IMG/VR virus record: IMGVR_UViG_3300027753_000035
Coordinates: 1-41,107 of that record
Length of the DNA: 41,107 bases
Strand: one strand, 5' to 3'
DNA from: a virus
Taxonomy: Duplodnaviria; Caudoviricetes
Below the pieces are notes generated by a model. That model made no database searches, was not told where the DNA came from, and saw nothing but the letters and a program-made list of their open reading frames with translations. Position 1 is the stretch's first letter. Each line of letters begins with the position of its first letter. The position numbers were made by a program, and so were the translations under genes. Positions 21,601 to 27,439 of the stretch are shown here, piece after piece.

Positions 21601-21683
21601 CGAGGTAAGTGTTCTTCACTTCTACGCTTTGACTTTCCTTTTACTGGAAGCTTTGGTTCGTCTTGAAAATTATCGTAAGCCAT
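6678..21683 (-). CDS. Giant virion structural protein (5001 aa), probable baseplate wedge (gp7 position) with FG-GAP-like propeller, CBM5/12-like motifs and beta repeats
   Basis: A single uninterrupted 15-kb ORF directly after the gp6-like gene. It has FG-GAP-like blades (KFGASVDLSEDGKWLLVGSP, FGYNLDFNGNKLAVSA), W/F-x4-Y-x2-G-x2-V motifs, GxGY..AP.V repeats, and C-terminal G/ADG.T..F/Y repeats. Confidence 0.75.
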   Translation of the reverse strand: MAYDNFQDEPKLPVKGKSKRRSEEHLPRIFRTPSNSKFLGSTLDQMIQPGVVNKLNGYVGRKTAKAFTADDVYVQDVSTSREDYQLESAAVAKDELGNVLLYRDYNDYMNSLKNYNRSIQDHNVVNEQEFYAWNPYIDWDKFTNFREYFWLPTGPQTISIAGQSTEVESTFTVRLSDNLDSYSYVFTPDGETPNPSLTLYRGVKYKFDVDLPDFPITFKSKLTTDTEFDLDSSSILLYEGVDVQGLEKGVVTIELSTAAPDNIWYVAANDINIHGKIEIKDLQDASAINVDSEIVGMKTYTSGNGIALSNGMKIQFIGNVTPASYANKEFYVEGIGSSIKLIAEDSLDVATEFTEEITVNFDTVGFDNLPYSKALGYSQDKDYITINRSANDGNLWTRHNRWFHKSVIEASAAANNQPISVDATAQASRPIIEFNSGIKLSNFGTQAKTSIDLVDDFTTDVFSTIEGSLGYFVDGVELANGQRVMFTNDPDSLVKNRIFRVKYFTYDGTVVDDANVSGQRQITLVEESDSVPAEGETVLVKSGTKFKGTTLHYKNSSWTTTQKKTTVNQAPLFDVFDENGYSFADATIYPSTTFTGTKMFSYKEGTGSNDDELGFPLSYKNITNVGDIVFQSDLSTDSFTYVENQDVKTQNTVLGYLHLYTDIDSYTQQTGWTKVDSSRQFVIRQYVYDNTFTDILIDSYVDSYDYISDMDIIVYRNNDFQVKDVDYTIEQHPANFAKIVFVTDLKKDDVILLKTNSRQLKTNTGYYEFPHSMERNPNNDQLDEFTLGEINDHVSTIVEHTTGFNGKYPGTSNLRDLGNVTSNGRRFLQHSAPMNLPLYHTTEREVNLVKSIKFAKTEYSRFKREFLTTAEKLGFDGSQKNHVDRILQELNKSKIVSDVFYFSDMVPYSGAIMTEHTVEDSDEIYFPLGENFNLSTPSYKASLVYLNDVQLIHGKDYTFNNDGYAVVTATKQSQDVITIYEYDSTKGNYIAPTPTKLGLYPAFEPAKFLDNTYLIPVNVIQGHDGSIVTAYDDYRDDLLLELEKRIYNNLKVAYNSEEFDILEVRPSYYRSNNISRSNIDKTLLADFFQWTKLVTVDYTRQTFNRDNRFTYNYRSSFDDNNVALPGSWREIYKYYYDTDRPHTHPWEMLGETVEPTWWEETYGEAPYTSENYLMWEDIEAGIVRHQDRRIEYRNNYKRPGLMSIIPVDDCGDLVSPLEIGLVFNYSSELIERPWVFGDGGPVEAAWRRHSEFPFSMLIAFALNKPGRLFAAGFDRVNQIRNKAGNLVYKPTGVRLRLADIAFPQDTADTTDLHTSGIVNYIAEFTKTSVSNSYKNYKTTLSSIKNQLGFKLAGFTDQAKLKLILDSRTPLNKGNVFVPEENYQIILNESSPTDLINYSGVIIERRAEGFLVKGYSESRSFFLTHKVTSRGSDNTINVGGVSEEFVEWVSGNFYAKSTIVRNNNVYYRCTVDNQEIEFSLDNFAKLPNLPVTGGRNAVIRTNFDTNTVAEVPYGTLFETIQEVVDFILSYESYLTSKGFVFDFFDQDIGKVLDWDHTIREFMFWTLYELSDGAVISLSPGASYLQLASNYSIVSNITTGPNDYTLLQANGTYLELDNTTINRQDNDFVLYVNPDVTGAGVYYVELPMTQTEHVVLLDNETVFNDVIYDQTPGYRQERIKLLGYRTDEWSGSKNIPGFIYDDATATEWEQFKAYSIGSLVKYKQFYYVADEKISGSNEFVESQWVKLDKKPRQGLLPNFEYKVNQFTDFYDLDSDNLDTEQQRFAQHLIGYQKRNYLENIINNSVSQYKFYQGMILEKGTVNSLSKLFDVLASSDKDSLEFHEEWAIRDGQYGAVDSFDELEINIDESKILVNPQPILLTSDVPVAPTDTVYRIRPYEVSVQTENYNNSPFPAKTVVDSYVNTAGYVHKDDVSLIVPTLDDVVGVDISKVPEGKFIWVGNENSNWNVLRHIDTNVRVTDIAILANHIQISTSQEVEDIAIGDIVGIHSVWKTQVSDTILADSSKQLDTITNYPQFNFLTKVIDVSSNLVQIAIPDTTEFKEFIENVNFDGASINGQLTRFESARHTDVNAANINLQQYFRENTTIWLDNAGSGEWKVLENANLYSVDSEITGPDTEDDPDFEYSKTFASVISSNRSGNIIIAADPDNSNGRLFVYKRNSNRVGYKMIQVIEPEAYAADNQKFGASVDLSEDGKWLLVGSPNASNVKTNYKSAFSLSTDYDKDDIVSYKDRIWKAKFDLPSVSAGANFNTFSSVIQGLYALGEQANAGYNVPAITVGNYAIRTDTNLSAFTDQVDHILVRAPNALYNNTITSDNDWQVSLQWNTLTYGNQNQETLATKQPFGGSFAGIDNNFIDGTHDIVNSIDVVIYFENTDITPEVGETLQTATGAGVVAYVHVNDENKHVIYLNKVSGTFNSTDSIFRTTGEFVGDFIKQLDTDGSVYSGFWMISTPSYTPTLTSTLFDAGKGLVYVDMSNDSTFGNYYYNILDTNTTAVDSENTVNSFIRTMSSEGYPNADGVSGAKLNSRWVIRAPKALTDTLSASDTVNIYVNQLANYSTGEFKDLTTIGLATTDTNKEVTVDALWDGYIKVRFTQFDTLGQPFEPLVGQVVRDVTTGATATVQFYERDGVDITLFVTNTAGAWSKGELFSDISELEFLAVSGSVNPIYQADRTIGDIQAVSIGSVANGIGKLIVVDTGSDIALPTDSSVTELVDAEYWIYTNRQVVGDPVSNEAPSILNSNWEQVYKIPAVTTGTASAYTNQGMYSIYEFTGSNFKEQGSYVTIDTQTNLHLGANVKVRKNNDTYKAFVGAQGNGTTSLPGKLYFINNGTFNNVEYSWEFSKFKAYKGGFDETVNYRTGDVVFVSGDRDQLYKARTNLTPGAFDINNWTLQEDYIDYVGFIPNSTNLVVINDSSNYIGALDNEQMETFASEFDVSKNGDVVVVKVTYDNKPTAVVVYRNVQENYQLSQTVVTGDDSSTALDNTTFGLANSLGISEDGMYIAISAPLADTYHYNEGQVYIYKQTSGQFELHRTLENSTYSSGEEFGYNLDFNGNKLAVSARNSSAVVPTTLDSNSTTFDNNFTKFSYTNEYQGVIYMYENVDNEFLLAQKIDVADQDLVNFGKHIHLTNNNIFVGIPIKPQTDVTTYMGEIYSFKLSESNKPIWSVKRAIQPTVDINKIKEVYLYNTKTNQKITSLDYLDPFQGKIAGAADQEISYKTNDDPAMYSVATGTLVTDDLALSRTIILDPKSPWGVEHVGKVWWDLSNARFFNAYQNDIVYSSQTWNTLFEGSTIDVYEWVESNYAPSAYDKLSLANNREAVRNNITGTSKYGDSAYVTNRVYDSIAKTFSIKYYFWVKNKDTVPATVSRNINVKQIASYIANPVSNNLETISFLSSDRFVLNNVNKHLVGTDVALNVQFYTASDQRTNVHTQYKIVSEGLETSQPTDDIVNKWFDSLIGYDINKFPVPDPNIPVKYRYGTLSKPRQSWFANRLEALKQLIERVNYVLADNLIVDDKSLTALTDADTAPVTDEGLYDQVVDDLDDLNDIQVEKVSPAKLTPVVENGKIERVEITDAGRGYKVAPKIQVFGIGTDADIEVTINSLGKVITATVVNKGTNYRTTDTILSVRKFSVLVNNDSTIGGKWSIYERDNTAKVWNRTKKQSYDTTLYWDYTDWYATGYNNNTRIDHIIERSNQLINANINRNEIVKINNIGTGGWLLLRRVNTTNSLDYTVDYETIGRESGTVQFSSNLYLPPAFGYDSNSFDIRNYDFLPTIELRIILNEIKNSIFVDDLLEEFNKLFFASLRYVLSEQVNVDWVFKTSFVKAKHNVGQLRKDVTFNNDNLADYEDYIKEVKPFKSKIREYLSSYERLEPTRSFVTDFDLAPVYDNTTGTLQHPTSKIRNNEIQILNEFVQDYPNKHWYNNAGYELTAVNINDAGTDYYTAPVITVSGGGGTGAELKAYIGTSGKVNKVEIVNAGAGYTSAPTVTLNNNLKDGGTPANISIEIGNGLVRTLKTAMKFDRTAKKFTITDIDTQETFTASGSNFEYDLKWPMQLYNSDITVTANGVELLRSEYTFENVINTDKSYKRELGRITTTERLEQDTTVVVSYKKAIDILNAPDRVNQYYAPTTGQLDNDLAQLMTGVDYGGVEVKGVGFDKIQGWDNDAWYTSEWDAYDDTNDDEVFSFDESTVELTLSTPLETGVQYNVYLNNVRLDDPNFDGSTVIENPNAIMRTLTGDGVTDTFYLDDFKLETIQADGNNTGVVINYDSSDKLVIRKSTSDGSYALNPNSIDTEISGGNLAYGNARGILAEDITIDGEGFVTPINSGSVEEHVPGHVLDTVNIKVYELPVGTNSNISTNIHYGNGTATDFTIDAAVVDVTQIIVKVNDEIQIYNTDFTVDFETKLVKFTNAPVDRAVVSINNFGTSGANVLDSDTFTSDGSTINILTSATYEDDLQSIVSVNGQSVDHVIVEENNKATIVLGDPATANENIEYTVFSANTEKNYSKVTIESLVADGSSVAYDITTKPEVSVPYEWNTVVIANNRLLDPGYVQRFTISADTTAYVLDNLLLDINNIAGYTIQVILNGTELEFVSGFTWEPLTGTIVLDSSVPLTSGTELEVYVRHNSDYTFGSFDTSNEFVADNTAITFSNTYATNTDIKVITFTNHDHKNIEWQRIQVKDRDLTEGTAEYARLSNIQRGKIELDSPAYDSQYVWVSKNGVLLVPNGDYYLDNSKQLITLAATVAPNDEFIVVHFAADPLIKSFGWQQFKDILNRTHYQNFNTDKRFTLSNALNWYDKEIVTSDASALPAPSVNGIPGVVWIEGERIEYFIKDGNSLKNLRRGTLGTGIKDVYAERTVGLELSGKNNIPYKDEVYTTKFTADGTSTDYTLDFTPSSADEFDVFVAGKRMRKTALESYQVDNAMDSPEGDTTLPAEFTVAGNILSIATAPVENTTIVVVRKKGRTWSDPNKTLADSETDIAKFLRSTPVDLP

Positions 21684-21685
21684 TG

Positions 21686-24600
21686 TTAATAGCTACCTCC
21701 TGTTGTCGAGTTTGTAGTTGATACACTTAAACTCGTGCTCTGAATACCTGTATTTACTGCGGTAGTACTTGTAGAAATATTGCCAGTTGTCTGTAATTTA
21801 GTAGCAGTCACTTCGTCAATAATCTCAACATCACTAACTCGTGCGCCGCTGATGAATATTTCGTCTGCTTCTGCTTTTACTTCAAACAAACTACCAAATA
21901 CGTCTAATGAACTATTCGGAACAACTACAAATGTTACCAAGTTTGGACTTAGTTGCTGTAGTACATATGCCGTTAGTTCTGAGAAGTAGAACGTGTCGCC
22001 AAAGTCCCAATTTTCCAAAGCAAAGAATTCGTTAATAGCAGATAGTGTTTGAGCTATTAAGTCATTATCATTAATGACTACTTCTGGATTCTTTACAATT
22101 TTAAATGTTGCTTGCAAGTTAGAGTCTGCTTTATTGCCAAATAGTATCTTATACTTAACCGGATGATAAACAATTTCATCACTAATTGACTTAATTTTGT
22201 TAAGCTCTGTACTGTAATTTAAGTACAGTTGATCACTACTTGCTGGGAGCGGATAAGTTGCTTGATCTTGTAAGTAAAGCCTAAACTGCGTATCATAAGC
22301 AGCAGTTAACATGTATACATCAATTATGTTACTTGCGCTTGGATCTAAACGTCGATCCTTATCCGCAGCATGAACATAATGGAATTTAATGTTGTCTCTA
22401 CCTTTGTAACCTACATAATCCGCTGTAGTCAACAGTTGGCTTGTTTCTTTGTTTAAAACCTGGAATAAATTTTCTTGTATAAAGTAGAAAATTTGCCCAT
22501 CATCGTAAACGCTGGTAACTTGTAAATCACTACGCTTAGCAAATATAACAATAGCATCATTTGAGTTATCAAAGTAATTGTATGTCTCAGTGCCGTCGAT
22601 ATTTGTTTGCTTTTTCCTAAACACTACTTTACTAGTTTCGTTAATGTCTTCGGCAACTATTTGTTCAAACAAATTAGGGTCATCTACTACTCCATCTTCG
22701 TCACTGTCAAAGAATGTAATTTCAATTTTACTACTATCAACATATCCGTCAGAGTCTCTAACAGTTGCTACGATTTCCCAATCAAAATCAGTAGTGAAAG
22801 ATTCTAAGCTATCGGGCTTTGTATTAATACTCAATACTGAAATTTTATCCTTAATAACTTTACCAGATGTAGTTTCAAATACTTTATCTGAAGAGTCAAA
22901 GAAGAACCTAATCTCAGCGGGGCTTTCAAAAACATAACGACTTGTACGATATGTAATGTTATACTTTTTTCCAACTGGCTCAAACAACAATATCCAACTT
23001 GAGTCAACTTGCTCACTTGAAGTATTGCCTGCTTTTGTTAGCGAGAAGTTGCTAATTAAATCCAAGTTGTCTAGTGTAATTACTTTCCACTCTTGACTAG
23101 TACTATCAAATCGTAAGCCAAACGTGTTATTAGAAAAACATTGATCTATAATTTGAACTTTTATGTCGTCGGTGATAATGTTTGCTAACTTAGGAATAAC
23201 TCTATCAAGCTTAGCGCCAGTTGGAATACTATCAGTAAGTTTAACAGCCCCGGAGCTGTCTGTGCCTGCGTCTGTACCGTCGCCTTGTACACTTATTATC
23301 TTAGACCAAATATACGTCTTAGCGCCGGTGTGGTTAGCTGCGCCTGCCATTAAAGTATTGTCTTCCATAAAGTGAAAGCCGTCTGGCGCTGTAAATTTTA
23401 TAAGTGTGTTTGGTACTAGTAAACTAAGCGAAGATTTAGAAAAACTACCTAGCGGAATATTCTCACCACTAGCATCAGTTACAAATCCTGTATTTTGATT
23501 TGTTTTAGTTGTCTTGCTGTCCCAGGTATAGTTGCTATCAGCAACAGACAGTACTGGGTATTCGTTATAATAAAAATTACGTATGTTGTAATCTTTAAGT
23601 AACGGCTGGATTGTGTTTTCTATAGCACCTTCGATGTCAGTTTTAGTTTCGTAAATAAAGTTAGTCTTTCGAGTACTATCTTCTTTGTAGATAATACCGT
23701 CATTACCAAAAAGATTAGTTTTACTGTATCTTCCGGTGCTGTCAATTAAATCAAAATATCTACTAATACCACTGCTAGTACGATTGACACTTTTTACTTT
23801 TACAACTTCTTGATTACGTGTTAGCGGAGCTACTTGGTAATCTTCAGCTGTAATCATTCTATTCTGAGTGTAGTAGTTACTAGGCGCATTATTTTTAATA
23901 TTTTCATTTGATTCTGAAGCTGCGCCGTTGTCAATTGCTGTTTTTAGCTGTAATGTAAGCGACAACGTTTCTAGTTTATTTGTATGACTGATATACGGTA
24001 TTGATACTGTTATAGTACCTAAGTTATTAGGCGTAATAATAGTTGTAGAAGAGTCGCTTATTCTGTAATAAACTTTGAAATTACCTTTTGGCACATTACC
24101 AAAAACGCCGTCACCGAATACCAAGCTCATTCTATCTTCAATACGTGTCTGTACACTGTAAATGTTCTTAACGCCTTTTTCAACACTGTTGTAAATTACG
24201 TTGTTACCTTCAGTAGCACTAACCTTTGTCCATAGCTCAGCTTCTCTACCAGCGTCATCAAGGGAGTAAAGCCAAACATCAGTTTCGTTAATGTTAATGT
24301 CGTCAATGGCAACTACTTGATTAGTAGTTGGGTTAGATAAGAAGAATGTGCCGTCTACCAGCTCGCCTTGTCTAAAGTGTGTAAAGTAACCGTTAGAGTC
24401 ACTTGCTTTGCCTTTGCCGTCGTCTTGGTATATAAACGAAAACTTATTACCTAAGAACGGATCTTCTTCTTGTATCATCCCTTCGGATATTTTTGTACTT
24501 ACAACTTCAAACTTTTTGTTTACACCATTTACAGCTCGAGTAAACGGAAACAATGGTAAGTCTTCGTTGTTAGAATTAACACGGTATTGCTCAGTGTATA

Positions 24601-25144
24601 CACCGTTTACTGTATCTTTAGCAATTGGATTTCCAATCCCAGCATTCACAGGTAGAGCAGCGTTGAGGATTTTTGTAATTTGCTCATGACTGTTTGCGTT
24701 TGTTAGATCGTTCCAAACAACTTGTGTACCGGCTAAGTTTAGTCCGCTGCTGTCAAAAATACGTTCAGACGTAGCAACACTGTGTAGCTTCAGTAAGCCG
24801 TTTGCTGACTGGTTGCGCTTAGCATGATAACTTAGTAGCCTAGCTAGACGTAAGACACTTTCTCTTCTTTCTGCTGTTTCAAGGAAGTTTTCTCTAGCAT
24901 TTAGATCTGTTCTAAACGAAAAGCTTTGCCCCAAGTAAGCAATAAGATCAACAAGCGCCATGTACTCGCTAGATTCGATATAGTCGTTAAAGTCCTCAGG
25001 GTAATTAGTCCTAAGGTAAGTAACCATTGTACGGCGTAAGTTATCAAAGTCATATGATAAAAACTCAGCGTTTCTAAAGCTTTGATAAATGCGCTTCCAG
25101 TCTTCAGCAACTAAAAGTCTATTCTGTCTGTCTGTTGTTGACAT
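21686..25144 (-). CDS. gp6: Baseplate wedge subunit, T4 gp6-like (1152 aa)
   Basis: The motifs YDFDNLRRTMVTYL...FNDY...LVDLIAY...ENFLETAERRESVLRLARLLSY, LVFGDGVFGNVP and GAASESNENIKNNAP...QNRMITAEDY are characteristic of gp6/baseplate J proteins. It follows gp25 and has a GAGGA RBS. Confidence 0.9.
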   Translation of the reverse strand: MSTTDRQNRLLVAEDWKRIYQSFRNAEFLSYDFDNLRRTMVTYLRTNYPEDFNDYIESSEYMALVDLIAYLGQSFSFRTDLNARENFLETAERRESVLRLARLLSYHAKRNQSANGLLKLHSVATSERIFDSSGLNLAGTQVVWNDLTNANSHEQITKILNAALPVNAGIGNPIAKDTVNGVYTEQYRVNSNNEDLPLFPFTRAVNGVNKKFEVVSTKISEGMIQEEDPFLGNKFSFIYQDDGKGKASDSNGYFTHFRQGELVDGTFFLSNPTTNQVVAIDDININETDVWLYSLDDAGREAELWTKVSATEGNNVIYNSVEKGVKNIYSVQTRIEDRMSLVFGDGVFGNVPKGNFKVYYRISDSSTTIITPNNLGTITVSIPYISHTNKLETLSLTLQLKTAIDNGAASESNENIKNNAPSNYYTQNRMITAEDYQVAPLTRNQEVVKVKSVNRTSSGISRYFDLIDSTGRYSKTNLFGNDGIIYKEDSTRKTNFIYETKTDIEGAIENTIQPLLKDYNIRNFYYNEYPVLSVADSNYTWDSKTTKTNQNTGFVTDASGENIPLGSFSKSSLSLLVPNTLIKFTAPDGFHFMEDNTLMAGAANHTGAKTYIWSKIISVQGDGTDAGTDSSGAVKLTDSIPTGAKLDRVIPKLANIITDDIKVQIIDQCFSNNTFGLRFDSTSQEWKVITLDNLDLISNFSLTKAGNTSSEQVDSSWILLFEPVGKKYNITYRTSRYVFESPAEIRFFFDSSDKVFETTSGKVIKDKISVLSINTKPDSLESFTTDFDWEIVATVRDSDGYVDSSKIEITFFDSDEDGVVDDPNLFEQIVAEDINETSKVVFRKKQTNIDGTETYNYFDNSNDAIVIFAKRSDLQVTSVYDDGQIFYFIQENLFQVLNKETSQLLTTADYVGYKGRDNIKFHYVHAADKDRRLDPSASNIIDVYMLTAAYDTQFRLYLQDQATYPLPASSDQLYLNYSTELNKIKSISDEIVYHPVKYKILFGNKADSNLQATFKIVKNPEVVINDNDLIAQTLSAINEFFALENWDFGDTFYFSELTAYVLQQLSPNLVTFVVVPNSSLDVFGSLFEVKAEADEIFISGARVSDVEIIDEVTATKLQTTGNISTSTTAVNTGIQSTSLSVSTTNSTTGGSY

Positions 25145-25165
25145 TTCGTTATCCTCGTAATATAA

Positions 25166-25173
25166 TATTTATC
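25166..25173 (-). promoter_or_regulatory. Late promoter motif GATAAATA
   Basis: In the 49-nt gap upstream of the gp6-like gene, ahead of a GAGGA RBS. It overlaps the inverted repeat TTTATCC-A-GGATAAA (25168-25182). Confidence 0.7.
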
Positions 25174-25193
25174 CAGGATAAAACTAGTGTTTT

Positions 25194-25694
25194 TTAAGAC
25201 AGGTTGGCTCCGTACGGTACTGAGCTTCTTTGAATATTCTGCGTTGTAGGTAGCAAGAACCCAGCTCTTTGATCGAACCTAAGCTGCATATATTCTGTTA
25301 AATTGTAAGGTCTGTACAGCACACTAGCTTCAATTTGCACACCGTGTTCGTACTGGTCAACAGTGATCTTATCGACTGCTACACGAGGATCAAAGTTACA
25401 GATTTCAGTAACGTTTTTTGTTATGGCTTCTTTAAGTGTGTCTGTTAACGGCTCGAATAGTACATCCCAAATAATAGTACCAAACGTAGGATCGCCTAGC
25501 TTTTCACCTTGACGTATATGGAAGTGGTTAATGATATCCTGTTTAATACATTCAAAATCATATACTGTTGCGCCTTTGCGAGTCGGATCAGTAGTAGAAA
25601 AGCCAACATATGTTCTGCCGGGCAACCCGTAGTCGAAAGAATTACGTGATGGTACTACTACTTCCTTGTAAAGTTTTTTCTCTAATTTAGCCAT
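25194..25694 (-). CDS. gp25: Baseplate wedge/sheath initiator, gp25-like (166 aa)
   Basis: IKQDIINHFHIRQGEKLGDPTFGTIIWDVLFEPL...FDPRV is the gp25/GPW signature, and the gene lies between gp5-like and gp6-like genes. Confidence 0.9.
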   Translation of the reverse strand: MAKLEKKLYKEVVVPSRNSFDYGLPGRTYVGFSTTDPTRKGATVYDFECIKQDIINHFHIRQGEKLGDPTFGTIIWDVLFEPLTDTLKEAITKNVTEICNFDPRVAVDKITVDQYEHGVQIEASVLYRPYNLTEYMQLRFDQRAGFLLPTTQNIQRSSVPYGANLS

Positions 25695-27439
25695 TAGTAG
25701 CCTCCTCTATCTTCATGTACTTTTACGTTTGCGTTACCTGTATCCAAGTGCCAAGAATTCTTAGCATATGCCGGCTCTGAATCTTCTGTTTTCTCTACAC
25801 CGTACAAAATTTTCTCTGGTGTGTATTTTGTAGGATCTAAGTTTTCGGTTTGTTTCCACGGCTGCTTCCGCGGTACACGTCTTAATGGTGTTTTTAGTGT
25901 TTCAGTAACATCTGAATACTTTGCTTTTTCTTCGTCGAGCATTTCAAAGTTAGCGGGCAACTCTTGAATCATTTCTGGCATCTCATCATACTGCATTGGT
26001 TGATCGTCTGAAGGTATTGGATCTACTTCCATAGACCCCGACTCATCAGTGATGACATCATTACCTTGTACATTACCAGCAACTATAAAGTTGCCTTTAA
26101 TCGAAATGGTTTGATCACTAGTTGTTATCTGGGTTTTTCTTGTAGGATTAAATTCAAACTCATCGTTATCGTAGTTATATTTTAACTTAAAAGTAGTGTC
26201 GCCTGAAGCAAACTCTTCTTTATTTCTTATGTCAATGCCTTTAGTGGCCTGAACGTCGAACTTACCGTCTTTTACTTTTAAGGCAAATATAGGATCTTGG
26301 TCTGGATCTGGTCTTTGCTCAATGTTAATAGCAGTCTTAGCTGAAATGTTTAGTTCGTCTACATCAATGTTAAGTTGATGCGCATGAAAGTTTATTCCTG
26401 CTTTTTCATCTTTCTCAGTAGCCATGCTTATGCCGCCACGTGAGTAAACGTCGATCTTACCGTTGGCTGTAAATTCCATCCAGCTATCACCATTAGAATG
26501 AATAATAGTAATAAAATCTTCACTGTTATGCATAATAATTTTATGCCCTGTGCGAGTTTCAATTCTGAATTGCTCACTGTGAGGTATAGTGTCTTCGCCG
26601 CCCGGTGCCGGAACGTATTCACGCTTACCATCTTTAGCAAGCATTGTGCGTTGTAGTCCTGGGTTGCCGTCGTCCATTACTATGTTGGTGCCACCGAGTC
26701 TTGAGAATGGTCTTTCGCCGACCATCTTTCCTTCTTCGTGAGCAGTTCTGTTCATCATAGGACCAGAGTACTTCGGTGGTCCGGCACTTGATAGGCCTAA
26801 CACGTTCGACGGTATCTCTCTTCTTGGACTTGAAGTTTGCGGGCCGCGGTCTGGATCTGCCCATAGTCCGTTAACTTTTTCTAGCTTAACTCTGTTGTCA
26901 TATAACGACGCACTAGGAGAACTGTTTCCTTTAAACGGTCCCGTTTCGTTAAGCTGTCTTTCGTTACTACTTGGGTCATTAGTTACCGCAGGTCTTGCTC
27001 TTTTATTATACTCAGCTTCAAAGTTATTAAACATGTTAGCGTTCATATACGGGTCAGGAATAAAACCTACGTAGTATGCTTCGCCGTCTCCGCCTTCTGT
27101 AACAAGCACTAATACAAAAGTACCTACGTCCGGCGGCGTTGCCCATAGACCGTAGCTTTGCTGATTGTTATCATATGCGTCTGTTTTAGTAAGACCAGCT
27201 GCTGATAATTGACCACCAAACGGTGTTGTGCGTTTAGCAACTACTACAGTTCCTTTGTCACCGGGAATACTCGAGCCTGCTTTACCAGAAGCAAATAAGC
27301 TTACTTCGATCTGTCCCATTCGTCCTGGGTCAAGATTGTTTTCTACTCGGCCAACATAAATGCCTGGGTTTACACGAACGCCGGTTGCTAATGAAGTATG
27401 TTTAGAAGTAGTACTAAAGTCTTCTTGTGATGCTACCAT
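25694..27439 (-). CDS. gp5: Baseplate central spike, gp5/VgrG-like (581 aa): OB-fold plus beta-helix, no recognisable lysozyme domain
   Basis: N-terminal OB-fold pattern GIYVGRVENNLDPGRMGQIEV...YGLWATPPDVGTFVLV, and beta-helix start IETRTGHKIIMHNSEDFITIIHSNGDSWMEFTANGKIDVYS. Confidence 0.85.
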   Translation of the reverse strand: MVASQEDFSTTSKHTSLATGVRVNPGIYVGRVENNLDPGRMGQIEVSLFASGKAGSSIPGDKGTVVVAKRTTPFGGQLSAAGLTKTDAYDNNQQSYGLWATPPDVGTFVLVLVTEGGDGEAYYVGFIPDPYMNANMFNNFEAEYNKRARPAVTNDPSSNERQLNETGPFKGNSSPSASLYDNRVKLEKVNGLWADPDRGPQTSSPRREIPSNVLGLSSAGPPKYSGPMMNRTAHEEGKMVGERPFSRLGGTNIVMDDGNPGLQRTMLAKDGKREYVPAPGGEDTIPHSEQFRIETRTGHKIIMHNSEDFITIIHSNGDSWMEFTANGKIDVYSRGGISMATEKDEKAGINFHAHQLNIDVDELNISAKTAINIEQRPDPDQDPIFALKVKDGKFDVQATKGIDIRNKEEFASGDTTFKLKYNYDNDEFEFNPTRKTQITTSDQTISIKGNFIVAGNVQGNDVITDESGSMEVDPIPSDDQPMQYDEMPEMIQELPANFEMLDEEKAKYSDVTETLKTPLRRVPRKQPWKQTENLDPTKYTPEKILYGVEKTEDSEPAYAKNSWHLDTGNANVKVHEDRGGY

